A DNA stretch of 59,001 nucleotides, filler included. It is 4 parts of 4 records of this genome, joined end to end, with 100 filler letters (N's around TTAATTAATTAA, not from the genome) between each part and the next. Parts side by side here need not be neighbours in the genome. Positions count along the whole stretch, not along the records: positions 25,266 to 39,481 come from SRR2962707_4749; 3 more parts are not named here. One strand, written 5' to 3'. The stretch's first letter is position 1. Each line of letters starts with the position of its first letter. Shown piece after piece: positions 29,501 through 38,091 of the stretch. The notes below the pieces were generated by a model. It was not told the origin of the DNA. It was given only the letters and a program-made list of their open reading frames with translations, and did not search any database. The position numbers and the translations under genes were made by a program.

Positions 29501-30130
29501 GATGGCACCCAGCAGCAGCCCGCGCACGGCTTCGTCGATGGAAACCTTTTCTATGTAATTGTCCGGGTGCCAGAGGGTAATCGGCAGGCGGAAGGTGTTG
29601 GTGTTGGTAATGCGCAGGAAAACCGTGGTGACGGTGTCTGGCGACAATCTGAGCCGAAAGGTCGGGTTTGGCACGGCCAGATCCCGGTCGTCCCAGCTGT
29701 CCAGATACCCGGTCTGGCGTTGTTCCACCAGTTGCCCATCCCGAACCAGATACAACCGAACATCGTCCACCAGTGGCAGCGCCAGCTCCAGTATCCAGTC
29801 CGAGCGGGAGGTCAAACGGCGGGTGCTCAGGTCAAAGCGAGTCCAGTAGGCGGAGCCGGTATAACCGAAGTTGAGTACGCCACCCTGATGACGGGTCAAC
29901 CTGTCCTCGCCTGCGGCGCGAACCTCGTCAATCGTCAGTGACTGCTCAGGATCTTCCAGGTACCAGAGGCACTCGCCCAGATCCGGAATGCTACCGGTGT
30001 TGTGATCCAGCATGATCTGCCCATCCCGGCAGGCATTCTGGGCCTTCGCCACAGATGGCAAAACCAGAACGGCCAGAAACAGGAGCAGAACCACCGTCCG
30101 CACCGGGATATGGGCAAACCGTTGCTGCAA
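26582..30130 (-). CDS. Hybrid sensor histidine kinase: 7TM-DISM2 + 7TM + PAS + HisKA/HATPase + REC + REC + HPt
   Basis: NFGYTGSAYW, FLANMSHEIRTP, NALKFT, DTGIG, GGTGLGL, two MD-x-MP receiver motifs and HQIKG; TTG start at 30130 with GGAG RBS (alternative 30181). Confidence 0.92.
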   Translation of the reverse strand: MQQRFAHIPVRTVVLLLFLAVLVLPSVAKAQNACRDGQIMLDHNTGSIPDLGECLWYLEDPEQSLTIDEVRAAGEDRLTRHQGGVLNFGYTGSAYWTRFDLSTRRLTSRSDWILELALPLVDDVRLYLVRDGQLVEQRQTGYLDSWDDRDLAVPNPTFRLRLSPDTVTTVFLRITNTNTFRLPITLWHPDNYIEKVSIDEAVRGLLLGAILAILAYNLFVAVSVRERSNIYYVLYLVCAAVFIGTEQVHGVQLLDSRPALLNKEYLHFQIILTWFFGLLMARSLLETRQRSPDLDHVLRLCLTSVVTTFGLSFFMPYSVAMEWIVVGSILLSIILIVVSYLSWRYYNPAARSYFFAWTLALIGFGIYALTVMGYLPLNTFTSYSPQFGLTAQIILFSFALADRIKQVQGEALAWNQRALANLRRYQSLFDNAIEGVFQMSPERRFVTANPAMAELLGYSSSRELLARNPDVLETCIADERLRRLVVEQLEARGTVKGIEARYLTRQGEERWATISLHTVYDAEGLPMHLEGTCIDATESHQRLQIEREREQERLEKELARNSAQAKSQFLANMSHEIRTPLAAIIGYGETLLDPDLNETEKRSSAETVVRSGRHLLELVNDILDHSKIDANKLDVDVVPVNLPELLDEIRAFFAPRAREKGLDFSIICDYPLPEKIRTDPTRYRQIIINLCGNALKFTENGSISLIIRCDRDAEKLYARVVDTGIGMKPEQLDRLFDPFAQGSTAISRQYGGTGLGLSISRRLAELLGGDIRVSSTYGEGSEFEVCISTGELAQVHFLRDASEFSQRRRAIAMVMAPRLSGRILCAEDNDVNRRLVSLLVGRTGAELVHVSNGAEALERATREHFDLILMDIQMPVMNGRDATLALREAGVNTPVVALTANVMAEDIAEYRLAGCNDHLAKPIDKQRFYEVLARYLALSAETAVGSGHRYSGKVLVAEDNDDNRGLVERMLRRTGAEPLLVTNGEEAVRRALSETVKLVLMDRHMPGMDGVAATRLLRQAGFRRPIIAFTAGDQAENEALLEAGCDGVLNKPIDHAHLQALLDRYLPVEQWVGEAVDDDIGPLVNRFLDSLAERKRRMEAALAQGQLQQLQSESHQIKGTAGAMGYPLMTEQAGILERSVRSSPGERGMIRQELTILNAMIDRALEGHQRSSKTTKEQANER

Positions 30131-30231
30131 AATGTGATCTCCGCGCGGGTAGCTGCGTGCTTTATCGTTTATTGTCAGCACTCGTCACTTTAGCCGTTCA
30201 CACGCTTTTTCACACCCCGGGGTCACCTGAA

Positions 30232-31323
30232 ATGAGACATTCCTGCCTTTTTGCCGCTGTTTCACTCACGTTACTGACACTCAGCGGGTGTCGGGTCGAC
30301 AGTGGCGGCGATTCCTCGTCGACGTTAAATCCGGCCAATAATGTTGATCTCACCTTCAGCACCTTCGACCTGGCGGATACAGACCGTGCCCCGAATACTC
30401 TGAGCAAAACCCGCTTTGCTGACTTCTATCCCGGTATCGAGCCGAACGGCGCGGACCAGACCGCGGAGTACCAGGCAACGGCTGCCGACATCCGTCGCCA
30501 TATCGACCGGTTTATCGGTGCCGAACCCACCAGCGACGGCAAAAGCTACCGCAAGGTCCGTAACCCTCTCGATCTGATGAATCAGGTGATCAGCGTAGGG
30601 CGCGTTGATAATTTTGATGAAGGGCGGGGCTATATCCGCAGGCGCATTGAAGCCGATGAATCAGGAACCTATAACTCCAGGGCCAACCAGGCCTCCATCC
30701 GATTTACCGATCAGGCTGCAACCCTTGAAAATCGACCTCTGAATGCCCGGGAATGGCGTTATCAGACCCTGGACTGGCGTTACCAGGCTGGCAGCGAAAC
30801 CGGGCATGTTTATCGCACTATCCAGCATGTTGCCCGCAGCGTCGACGCCGAAGACCGGAATAAACAACCACAACTGCTGAGCGTTCTCGCAGGCTCGAGG
30901 TTCAGTGCAGCGTCATTCAGCGCCATTGGCTACAACCAGCCTGAATACGCGACAGCAGACTACGTGTCACGGGATTACGGCGGCATCGAACTGCGCCAGG
31001 AATTCATCGGAACGACCCAGAAAGATACCTTGTATATTAAAAGCCCGGAGCACGCGGTCATCGATTTCAGTCGACACGGCTTCAATATGGAGGACGACAG
31101 CCCGGACTGTCTCCGCATTGAACTGGATTACGGCATGAGCACGGTCCATCTGTTCGTCTCCAACGACGAACCGGCAAGAATTCCGGATCCGGAGGAAGAT
31201 CCAGCCGATTACGAGAACGCCGATGACATTCCAACCGTCAGCAATCCGGCAAACTGTGCCAATCAGCCGGAAACGGAATTCCTGATGTCCTGGAATGCAG
31301 AATCAACTCCTGACCGACAGTAG
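30232..31323 (+). CDS. Lipoprotein of unknown function
   Basis: Lipobox LTLSG-C after a hydrophobic signal; 363 aa, acidic C-terminus. Confidence 0.75.
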   Translation: MRHSCLFAAVSLTLLTLSGCRVDSGGDSSSTLNPANNVDLTFSTFDLADTDRAPNTLSKTRFADFYPGIEPNGADQTAEYQATAADIRRHIDRFIGAEPTSDGKSYRKVRNPLDLMNQVISVGRVDNFDEGRGYIRRRIEADESGTYNSRANQASIRFTDQAATLENRPLNAREWRYQTLDWRYQAGSETGHVYRTIQHVARSVDAEDRNKQPQLLSVLAGSRFSAASFSAIGYNQPEYATADYVSRDYGGIELRQEFIGTTQKDTLYIKSPEHAVIDFSRHGFNMEDDSPDCLRIELDYGMSTVHLFVSNDEPARIPDPEEDPADYENADDIPTVSNPANCANQPETEFLMSWNAESTPDRQ

Positions 31324-31349
31324 CAATCGTCTCTGCAGAACCGGGCCGG

Positions 31350-31577
31350 TTACAGGTCCCAGTTCTGCAGAAAGCCCTTTTTTCGGCAGATCATCCGTTC
31401 GTATGTGGAAATCATGATGGCTGCGTGGGGGGCTTTGGTCAGGCGCAGGGTTTCAATACGACGTTCCAGGCGCTGCACCTCATCGCAGATCTGCTGCTGC
31501 ACGTGGGAACGAACACTGTCGTGCTGATCAAGCTTGACGCTACGCTGCTCAGGCGGGGGAAATTGCGGCTTTTCCAT
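31350..31577 (-). CDS. Small hypothetical coiled-coil protein
   Basis: GAGG RBS before ATG 31577; EVQRLERRIETLRL heptad pattern. Confidence 0.65.
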   Translation of the reverse strand: MEKPQFPPPEQRSVKLDQHDSVRSHVQQQICDEVQRLERRIETLRLTKAPHAAIMISTYERMICRKKGFLQNWDL

Positions 31578-31694
31578 AGTTAACCTCGTCCAATGAGTGT
31601 GGAAAACATCCTTATTGATTGATGCCAAGTGTGCCGAACTGTCAGACAAAGTGCAATTACAATGAACAAGCTTTCACTTTTTTTGACAGATTCT

Positions 31695-31727
31695 GGCGTC
31701 AGGCCTTGAGCGCCAAGGCCTGGCGTC
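31695..31727. terminator. Hairpin downstream of the serine hydrolase gene
   Basis: GGCGTCAGGCCTTG / CAAGGCCTGGCGTC near-perfect stem; weak T tail. Confidence 0.45.
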
Positions 31728-31739
31728 TTAATGAAACGC

Positions 31740-33026
31740 TCAGGCTGCCACCAGTCTCCGCTGGTTTTCCGGCAACACCGGGAACTGTTTGCAGACAGTG
31801 TAGACGAAACGGGCCAGGGCTGGTAAGTGATGGCCCACAATCGGAAAACCGGTGTTCAACAAGCTGACGGAAATGTCCCGGGCCGGGTCCGCCCAGCACA
31901 GTTTATTGATCAGCCCGACATGGCCAAACGCATAACGGCTTTGCTGGCCCCAAAGGCCAACAGGATTGCTGCCCAGCATCATGCCGGCACTGAATCGCAT
32001 GGGCACCAGCATGGTCCTGTCCATCTGCAGTGAGCCAAATTGCTGGATGGCGCGGCGAACCGTGAGTTCGCTGCAGATGCGCTTGCCATCCCAACTGCCA
32101 CCATTGAGCATCATCTGGAAGAAGCGCCCCATTTCTTCGGCCGTGCCGCACAGATTTCCGGCGGGGATCACAGCCTCCTGGAAGCGGGGGTCGTTGGTGA
32201 CTTTCTCCACCGTCCGGATATCACCGCCCAAGGCGCGGTTCACCACCCAAGACACCGGAAACCGGGGTGTCGGCCCGGTCGCATAATTGCTGGCGAGCTC
32301 GTGCAGGTGTTCTGGAGCAATGCCATAGGTAAACCATTTCATCCCCATGGGTCGGCGCAGGTAGCGATCCAGGTAGCTTTCGATAGTGTCGCCGGTTACC
32401 TTTTCCAGAACACGCTGCAACACAAAGCCACCGGTAATGGCATGGTAGGCCACCTTGGCGCCGTCCACTTCGACTGGCTTTGCGGCGCACAGAAGCCGCC
32501 AGATTTCGTCGCGGTCCCAAAGCACGTCGATCGGGGTTTCCCGGGGTATCGCGGGGATACCGCCCCGGTGGGAGAGAATCTGGTGCACGGTAATCGTGCG
32601 CTTGCCGTTACGCGCAAATTCCGGGCAATAGTAGGACACCGGGTCCATCAGGTTGACCAGCCCCTGCTCGGACAACATATGCATCAGTAACGCGGTGACT
32701 GCTTTGGAGGCGGAAAAGAAACAGATCGGGGTGTCGGTGGTCATGGGAATGCGCGGCAACGAGGCCGGATCGTGGGGACCATTACCCCGGGCGTGCCCGA
32801 TCGACCGGTGCAATACCTGCTCACCCCGATAACGCAGTGACAACTGAATACCGGGATGCACACCCGTTCTGTAAAGGGCCTCAACACTGCGCCAGACGGC
32901 TTCGGCGGCATTGCTGTCGAGCCCGACCCGATCCGGATGTTCACCGGCGGTGTCGCGAAATGTCACCGGCTTCAGGTCCCGAGGCACATTACAGGTATGA
33001 AGGGCACGGCGGGCGAGTGAATGCAT
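31740..33026 (-). CDS. Serine hydrolase, beta-lactamase-fold esterase (family VIII/LipE-like)
   Basis: FSASK (SxxK), LSHRGG, AYHA and FGHVG. Confidence 0.88.
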   Translation of the reverse strand: MHSLARRALHTCNVPRDLKPVTFRDTAGEHPDRVGLDSNAAEAVWRSVEALYRTGVHPGIQLSLRYRGEQVLHRSIGHARGNGPHDPASLPRIPMTTDTPICFFSASKAVTALLMHMLSEQGLVNLMDPVSYYCPEFARNGKRTITVHQILSHRGGIPAIPRETPIDVLWDRDEIWRLLCAAKPVEVDGAKVAYHAITGGFVLQRVLEKVTGDTIESYLDRYLRRPMGMKWFTYGIAPEHLHELASNYATGPTPRFPVSWVVNRALGGDIRTVEKVTNDPRFQEAVIPAGNLCGTAEEMGRFFQMMLNGGSWDGKRICSELTVRRAIQQFGSLQMDRTMLVPMRFSAGMMLGSNPVGLWGQQSRYAFGHVGLINKLCWADPARDISVSLLNTGFPIVGHHLPALARFVYTVCKQFPVLPENQRRLVAA

Positions 33027-33097
33027 GATAAACGCCTTATCAGTCTTGTTATTGGTTGGTGCGCCAGAGGTTTTTCGAACGGGGCCGGAAAACGTGA

Positions 33098-34321
33098 CTA
33101 TCTGAAACCATTATGGACTGGCTGAACCGCCTGTGCCATGGCGATACAGTTCCGACCCTGTTTTTTGGCCCGATACATCGCCTTGTCGGCGGCAGCGCAA
33201 AGTGCATCCAGGGTATCGCCATGGTCGGGAAAGACCGCCACGCCAATACTGATGGTCAATCGAATGTTGTGGCCGGATTCCAGGGCCACCGGCTGATTAC
33301 AGACACGCTGGCGCAACCGCTCTGCCGTTTCCTCCGCTTCCGCAACGTCCATTTCTGGCAGAATAAGGACAAACTCCTCGCCCCCGAAACGGCCCAGGGT
33401 ATCAACACTGCGGACGCTGTCCTCGAGCAGACTGCTGATGGAACAGAGCACGGAATCCCCTGCAGCGTGACCCCAGGTATCGTTGATTTCCTTGAAGTGG
33501 TCAAAGTCGATCCACAATAACGCGAGGGGACGGTTGTACCGACGCGCCCGCTCCAGCTCTTCGATCAGCACCCGTGAGCACTCCCGGCGGTTGAGCACGC
33601 CGGTCAGTGAGTCCCGCGTCGCCAGTGCTTCGAGCTCGTTTTCCAGTTGCTTGCGGTCGGAAATATCCAGAATAATGCCCTCAAGCACCATGGTGCCGTC
33701 ATCATCCAGCACTCCGCAGCCCCGCTCCCAGACCCATATCTTCCGTCCGTCCTTGCGGGTAATAGCGTACTCGACGGAAAAAGACTCATCTTTACGGACC
33801 GCCGCTTCCACTTCCTGCGCGACCTGTCCGGCGTCTTCCTCATCCATCAGGGCCGCATAGCTGGTGATTCGATTACGAATCAACTCCTCAGGTTGATACC
33901 CCGTGAGATCGGCACACCCGGCCGATACGAACAACATGGTCCAGTCTTCGTCGGGCAGACAGCGGTAGGCCATACCCGGCAGGTTATCCATCAGCACTGT
34001 CAGCTGTCGTTCACGCCGACGGAGCGCCCGGCGCTGATCAGATTGCAAGGACAGCAGCACGCGGTCCTTGTTGAGCTGGCGCAGAATCACCGTGAACAGC
34101 ACCAGGCCGGTCACCACCACAAACAGGACCCCTTTCCAGGTCTGTACCAACGACAACATGCGGGCATCTGGAAACCAGAGCTCGACGATACGATCCGAGA
34201 AAGTAATCCAGATAAACCCGGCCACCAGATACACCAGTGTTGTCCAAAGCGCACGTCTTCGCGGACTGTGGCTTTCCTTCAGTCGGGTCAGCCCCGGATA
34301 ATCCGGCCGTTCTGGCTGCAT
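33098..34321 (-). CDS. Membrane PAS-GGDEF diguanylate cyclase
   Basis: Two TM helices, PAS (NLPGMAYRC), DFDHFK, RSVD I-site and RFGGEEF. Confidence 0.92.
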   Translation of the reverse strand: MQPERPDYPGLTRLKESHSPRRRALWTTLVYLVAGFIWITFSDRIVELWFPDARMLSLVQTWKGVLFVVVTGLVLFTVILRQLNKDRVLLSLQSDQRRALRRRERQLTVLMDNLPGMAYRCLPDEDWTMLFVSAGCADLTGYQPEELIRNRITSYAALMDEEDAGQVAQEVEAAVRKDESFSVEYAITRKDGRKIWVWERGCGVLDDDGTMVLEGIILDISDRKQLENELEALATRDSLTGVLNRRECSRVLIEELERARRYNRPLALLWIDFDHFKEINDTWGHAAGDSVLCSISSLLEDSVRSVDTLGRFGGEEFVLILPEMDVAEAEETAERLRQRVCNQPVALESGHNIRLTISIGVAVFPDHGDTLDALCAAADKAMYRAKKQGRNCIAMAQAVQPVHNGFR

Positions 34322-34413
34322 GCCAATTTCCTTGTCGCCTCAAGCTTCCTATACAAAAAATAGACAGTTACGGCTCATGTGTCGAGAAGGATTTGCAGTT
34401 TCAGTCGGGATCG

Positions 34414-34437
34414 ATGACACTAAACGTGACATATAAT
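34414..34437 (+). promoter_or_regulatory. Putative promoter/operator of the cytochrome-oxidase-PLP operon
   Basis: Imperfect inverted repeat ATGACAC-N5-GTGACAT abutting a consensus TATAAT at 34432-34437. Confidence 0.45.
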
Positions 34438-34456
34438 CGCGTTATGGATAACAAGA

Positions 34457-34837
34457 ATGAGATTGCACCAGCATCTGCCTCGGGCCGTTGTGGCCACTAT
34501 CACCATCGGCCTGGCTGCCTGTAATGGCGGTCACAGCCCATCCGCTGCCATTCAGGCCCATGCTGCCAACAGCAGCCCGGCGAGCCCGGAACTGGCCGCG
34601 GTTTACCAGCGATCCTGCCAGACCTGTCACGCCCGCGGCACCTCGGATGCTCCCTTGACCGGCCACGGCGAGGCCTGGCAGCCAAGGCTGGCCAAAGGTA
34701 TGGAAACCCTCGTGGATAACGTGGTCTCTGGCATCGGTGGCATGCCACCCTACGGGCTCTGTATGGACTGCAACGCAGAGCAGTTCCGCCAGCTGATTCG
34801 CTTTATGGCCACACCCGCCGAAGCGGAGGACCACTGA
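34457..34837 (+). CDS. sphB: Cytochrome c5-family lipoprotein (SphB-like)
   Basis: Lipobox LAA-C, CQTCH haem motif and GMPPYGLCMDC; first gene of an sphBCD-type triad. Confidence 0.75.
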   Translation: MRLHQHLPRAVVATITIGLAACNGGHSPSAAIQAHAANSSPASPELAAVYQRSCQTCHARGTSDAPLTGHGEAWQPRLAKGMETLVDNVVSGIGGMPPYGLCMDCNAEQFRQLIRFMATPAEAEDH

Positions 34838-34839
34838 CG

Positions 34840-36249
34840 ATGCAACGGCGTCATTTCCTGCAGTTACTGGTCAGCACTGCCATCGCCAGCCATCTGACCG
34901 GTGCCAACGCCAGGGAGAGCGCCTTACCGGCTGCGGGCGAGCCGTCACAAAGTCCTTTGCCGTGGCGAAACTGGTCCGGCTCCCAGACCTGCCTGCCCGA
35001 AAACCGGGTTGCTCCGGCCAACATTGACGAGCTCCGGCATCTGCTGCAGAACTCTGAACATGCGGGGACTACCATAAGGCCCGTGGGGTCCGGGCACTCA
35101 TTCTCGGCCCTGGTACCCACCGACGGCATTCTGATCTCATTGGCGCGCATGACCGGTGTTCTGAGCCACGATGATCAGCAGTGCCAGGCCCGCATCGCTG
35201 CCGGAACCCTGCTCGGGCAGGTGGGCCGGCCGCTGGACGCCATCAACCAGGCATTGTTCAACATGCCGGACATTGATCAACAGGCATTGGGCGGGCTGTT
35301 AGCCACCGCGACCCACGGCACCGGCGCCGGGTTGATGAGCCTGTCCGGCTATGTCGAAGCCCTCACGCTGATGACCGCCGGGGGCGAACTGCTGGAATGC
35401 AGCCGGCACCAGCACCCGGAGATTTTCCACGCCGCCCGGGTTGGCCTCGGCTGCCTGGGCATTGTGACCGACGTGACCCTACAGAACACCCGACCTTACC
35501 GGTTGCGCAAGACCACCAAGTGGCTGCCACTGGACGACATTCTGGATGCTGCCGATGCCCGCGCCGACCAGCATCGCAACTACGAGTTCTATTACATTCC
35601 TTTTTCCGGCATGGGTTTTACCAGCCAGCATGATCTGACCGACGAACCGGTATCGGACACCACCCAGCTGGACCAGAACGACGGCGCCCGGGATCTTCAA
35701 CGGGCGCGGGACTACCTGGCCTGGTCGCCCCGGTTACGCCGGTTGATCCTGGGCGGCTATATCCGCTCCCTGGACAAAGAAGTGAAAGTGGCCGCGTCCT
35801 GGCAGAATTACACCAGCGACCGCAATGTCCGTTTCAATGAAATGGAATACCATTTGCCGCGGGAAAACTGGCAGGCGGCCTTCCGGGAGATTGTTTCTTT
35901 AGTGGAGGCAGAGTTTCCCGAGGTGTTCTTTCCCTTCGAGGTTCGCTTTGTGAAGGCCGACGATGCCTGGCTGAGCCCGTTTTACCAGCGTGATTCCGTT
36001 TCCATTGCGGTACACCGGTTCTTCGAGGAAGACTATCAACCCATGTTCACAGCGCTGGAGCCGATTTTGCTGCGGCACGGCGGCCGGCCCCACTGGGGCA
36101 AGCTCAATACCCTCAAGTCCGGTGATTTCCGGGCCCTGTATCCCAGGTGGCAGGATTTTCAGGAGGTGCGGCGCAGCCTGGACCCGGGCGGGCGGTTTCT
36201 CAATCCTTACCTGGCCGGCCTGTTCGAGACGACGGGGGAGAGCGCGTAA
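34840..36249 (+). CDS. sphC: Tat-exported FAD-linked oxidoreductase, aldonolactone oxidase family (SphC-like)
   Basis: QRRHFL Tat motif, WRNWSG, VGSGHSFS (covalent FAD His), TATHGTG and GRPHWGK. Confidence 0.8.
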   Translation: MQRRHFLQLLVSTAIASHLTGANARESALPAAGEPSQSPLPWRNWSGSQTCLPENRVAPANIDELRHLLQNSEHAGTTIRPVGSGHSFSALVPTDGILISLARMTGVLSHDDQQCQARIAAGTLLGQVGRPLDAINQALFNMPDIDQQALGGLLATATHGTGAGLMSLSGYVEALTLMTAGGELLECSRHQHPEIFHAARVGLGCLGIVTDVTLQNTRPYRLRKTTKWLPLDDILDAADARADQHRNYEFYYIPFSGMGFTSQHDLTDEPVSDTTQLDQNDGARDLQRARDYLAWSPRLRRLILGGYIRSLDKEVKVAASWQNYTSDRNVRFNEMEYHLPRENWQAAFREIVSLVEAEFPEVFFPFEVRFVKADDAWLSPFYQRDSVSIAVHRFFEEDYQPMFTALEPILLRHGGRPHWGKLNTLKSGDFRALYPRWQDFQEVRRSLDPGGRFLNPYLAGLFETTGESA

Positions 36250-36251
36250 CC

Positions 36252-37556
36252 ATGGCCCACAGTGATGCCTTCGTTCGACAACGTCGCCGGCTTCTGCTCG
36301 GCGCCACCGCCCTGGGTGCCGCCGGCGCCCTGGCCTGGCTGCGACCAGAAGCCCGCCGGGACGGACATAACCCCTATTTCCGGGCCCTGGACGCCGCCCT
36401 TTCCAAAGCTGGCCTGGCAACCCCGACGCTGGTGCTAGATCAGGCCAGGCTGGATCACAACCTGTCGGCCCTGAACAGTCACCTGAACGGCGAGTACCAC
36501 TACCGCATTGTGGTCAAATCACTGCCTTCTCTGCCGCTTCTGCAACGGATCATGGCGGCCACCGGCAGCAACCGGCTGATGGTCTTCCACCAACCCTTTC
36601 TTAACACCGTGGCAGAGACCTTGCCTCAGGCGGATGTACTGATGGGCAAGCCGCTTCCGGTGGCCGCCGTTGACCGTTTCTATCAGCAGCTCACATCCAG
36701 TACCAGCGGCTTCCGGCCAGAACAGCAACTGCAATGGCTGGTGGATTCCCGGCAGCGGCTTGAGGCCTATGAAGGTTTCGCCCGGGCACAACAACGCCGG
36801 CTGCGGATTAACCTGGAGATCGATGTTGGCCTGCATCGTGGCGGGTTTACCGAAACCGGTGACCTGGTCCGGGTCCTGACCATGATTGAACGCTCGCCCT
36901 GGCTCAGTTTCAGCGGGTTCATGGGCTACGAACCTCATATCATGAAAGCACCGGGGCCAGCGGCCTGGCTGCGGGACCGGGCCATGGCGCGGTATCAGGA
37001 TTACGTGTCCACCGCCGAGCAACACCTGGGTCGCTCACTGACAGACCTGACACTTAACACCGGGGGGTCCACCACCTATCAGCTCTATCGCGGGCTGTCC
37101 GGCGAGCTGCCCGTGAATGAGCTCTCCGCCGGTTCCGGCCTGGTAATGCCCACGGATTTCGACCTGCCAACACTGTCTGACCACCGGCCCGCGGCGTTCA
37201 TTGCCACGCCGGTCCTGAAGCTACTGGCAAGCACCCGAATTCCCGGTGCACCCGGGCTGGGCAGGCTGCAGGCTCTGTGGAACCCGAACCGGGCCCGCAC
37301 GGCTTTCATCTACGGCGGCAACTGGCCGGCAACGCCGGTGTCACCGGCAGGATTAAGCGATAACCCGGTCTACGGCCGATCCAGTAATCAGGAAATGCTG
37401 AATTTCGCCGATGGGCTCGATCTGGCAGAGGGCGACCGGGTGTTCCTGCGGCCGCACCAGAGCGAATCGGTCTTCCTGCAGTTTGGAGACCTGGCCGTCT
37501 TCGATCCGACCCGGGGAGCGATTACCGACCGCTGGCCGGTGTTCCGGGAAGGATGA
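36252..37556 (+). CDS. sphD: Tat-exported fold-type III PLP enzyme, DSD1/D-threonine aldolase-like (SphD-like)
   Basis: RQRRRLLLG Tat motif, RIVVKSLP (PLP Lys), EIDVGLHRGG, MGYEPH and SSNQE. Confidence 0.78.
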   Translation: MAHSDAFVRQRRRLLLGATALGAAGALAWLRPEARRDGHNPYFRALDAALSKAGLATPTLVLDQARLDHNLSALNSHLNGEYHYRIVVKSLPSLPLLQRIMAATGSNRLMVFHQPFLNTVAETLPQADVLMGKPLPVAAVDRFYQQLTSSTSGFRPEQQLQWLVDSRQRLEAYEGFARAQQRRLRINLEIDVGLHRGGFTETGDLVRVLTMIERSPWLSFSGFMGYEPHIMKAPGPAAWLRDRAMARYQDYVSTAEQHLGRSLTDLTLNTGGSTTYQLYRGLSGELPVNELSAGSGLVMPTDFDLPTLSDHRPAAFIATPVLKLLASTRIPGAPGLGRLQALWNPNRARTAFIYGGNWPATPVSPAGLSDNPVYGRSSNQEMLNFADGLDLAEGDRVFLRPHQSESVFLQFGDLAVFDPTRGAITDRWPVFREG

Positions 37557-37616
37557 ACTCGTTGGCGGCACATGCTTTAATCGGTGCTACGTTCGATCCA
37601 ACCAACAGGAACCGTC

Positions 37617-38087
37617 ATGACCCCCGCAATCAACGCCGCCAAACAGGCCCGGGTGAATTTCATCATTCATGAGTATGAGCACGATCCGGCTGCGGAAAGC
37701 TATGGCGAGGAAGCGGCGGAAAAAACCGGTGCCAACCCGGCCCAGGTGTTCAAGACCCTGGTAGTCAGCCTCGATGGTAAGAATCTGGCGGTGGGCATCG
37801 TACCGGTCACCGCCATGCTCGGTTTGAAACAGATTGCCAAGGCTGCCGGCGCCAAGAAAGCCGTCATGGCCGACAAACAGCTGGTGCAGCGCACCACCGG
37901 CTACGTCTTGGGTGGGGTCAGTCCCCTGGGCCAGAAAAAACCTCTGAAAACCTTCATTGATCAATCCGCCGAAGACTTCGAAACGATCTTTGTCAGTGCC
38001 GGCAAACGGGGCCTGGAAATCGAACTGGCACCCGCCGATCTGGCCCGACTGACCCAGGCCCGGTTCGCTCCGCTGCAACAGGAGTAA
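37617..38087 (+). CDS. ybaK: Cys-tRNA(Pro) deacylase
   Basis: MTPAI, VFKTL, TGYVLGGVSPLGQKK and SAGKRGLEIEL. Confidence 0.95.
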   Translation: MTPAINAAKQARVNFIIHEYEHDPAAESYGEEAAEKTGANPAQVFKTLVVSLDGKNLAVGIVPVTAMLGLKQIAKAAGAKKAVMADKQLVQRTTGYVLGGVSPLGQKKPLKTFIDQSAEDFETIFVSAGKRGLEIELAPADLARLTQARFAPLQQE

Positions 38088-38091
38088 GGGG

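Noticed and set aside
31620-31645. Sigma54 promoter for the small gene at 31350-31577 (CGGCACACTTGGCA on the minus strand)
   Set aside because: GG-to-GC spacing is 8 nt instead of the required 10
31740-33026. Beta-lactam resistance gene
   Set aside because: No signal peptide, and the motifs fit cytoplasmic family VIII/LipE-like esterases rather than AmpC
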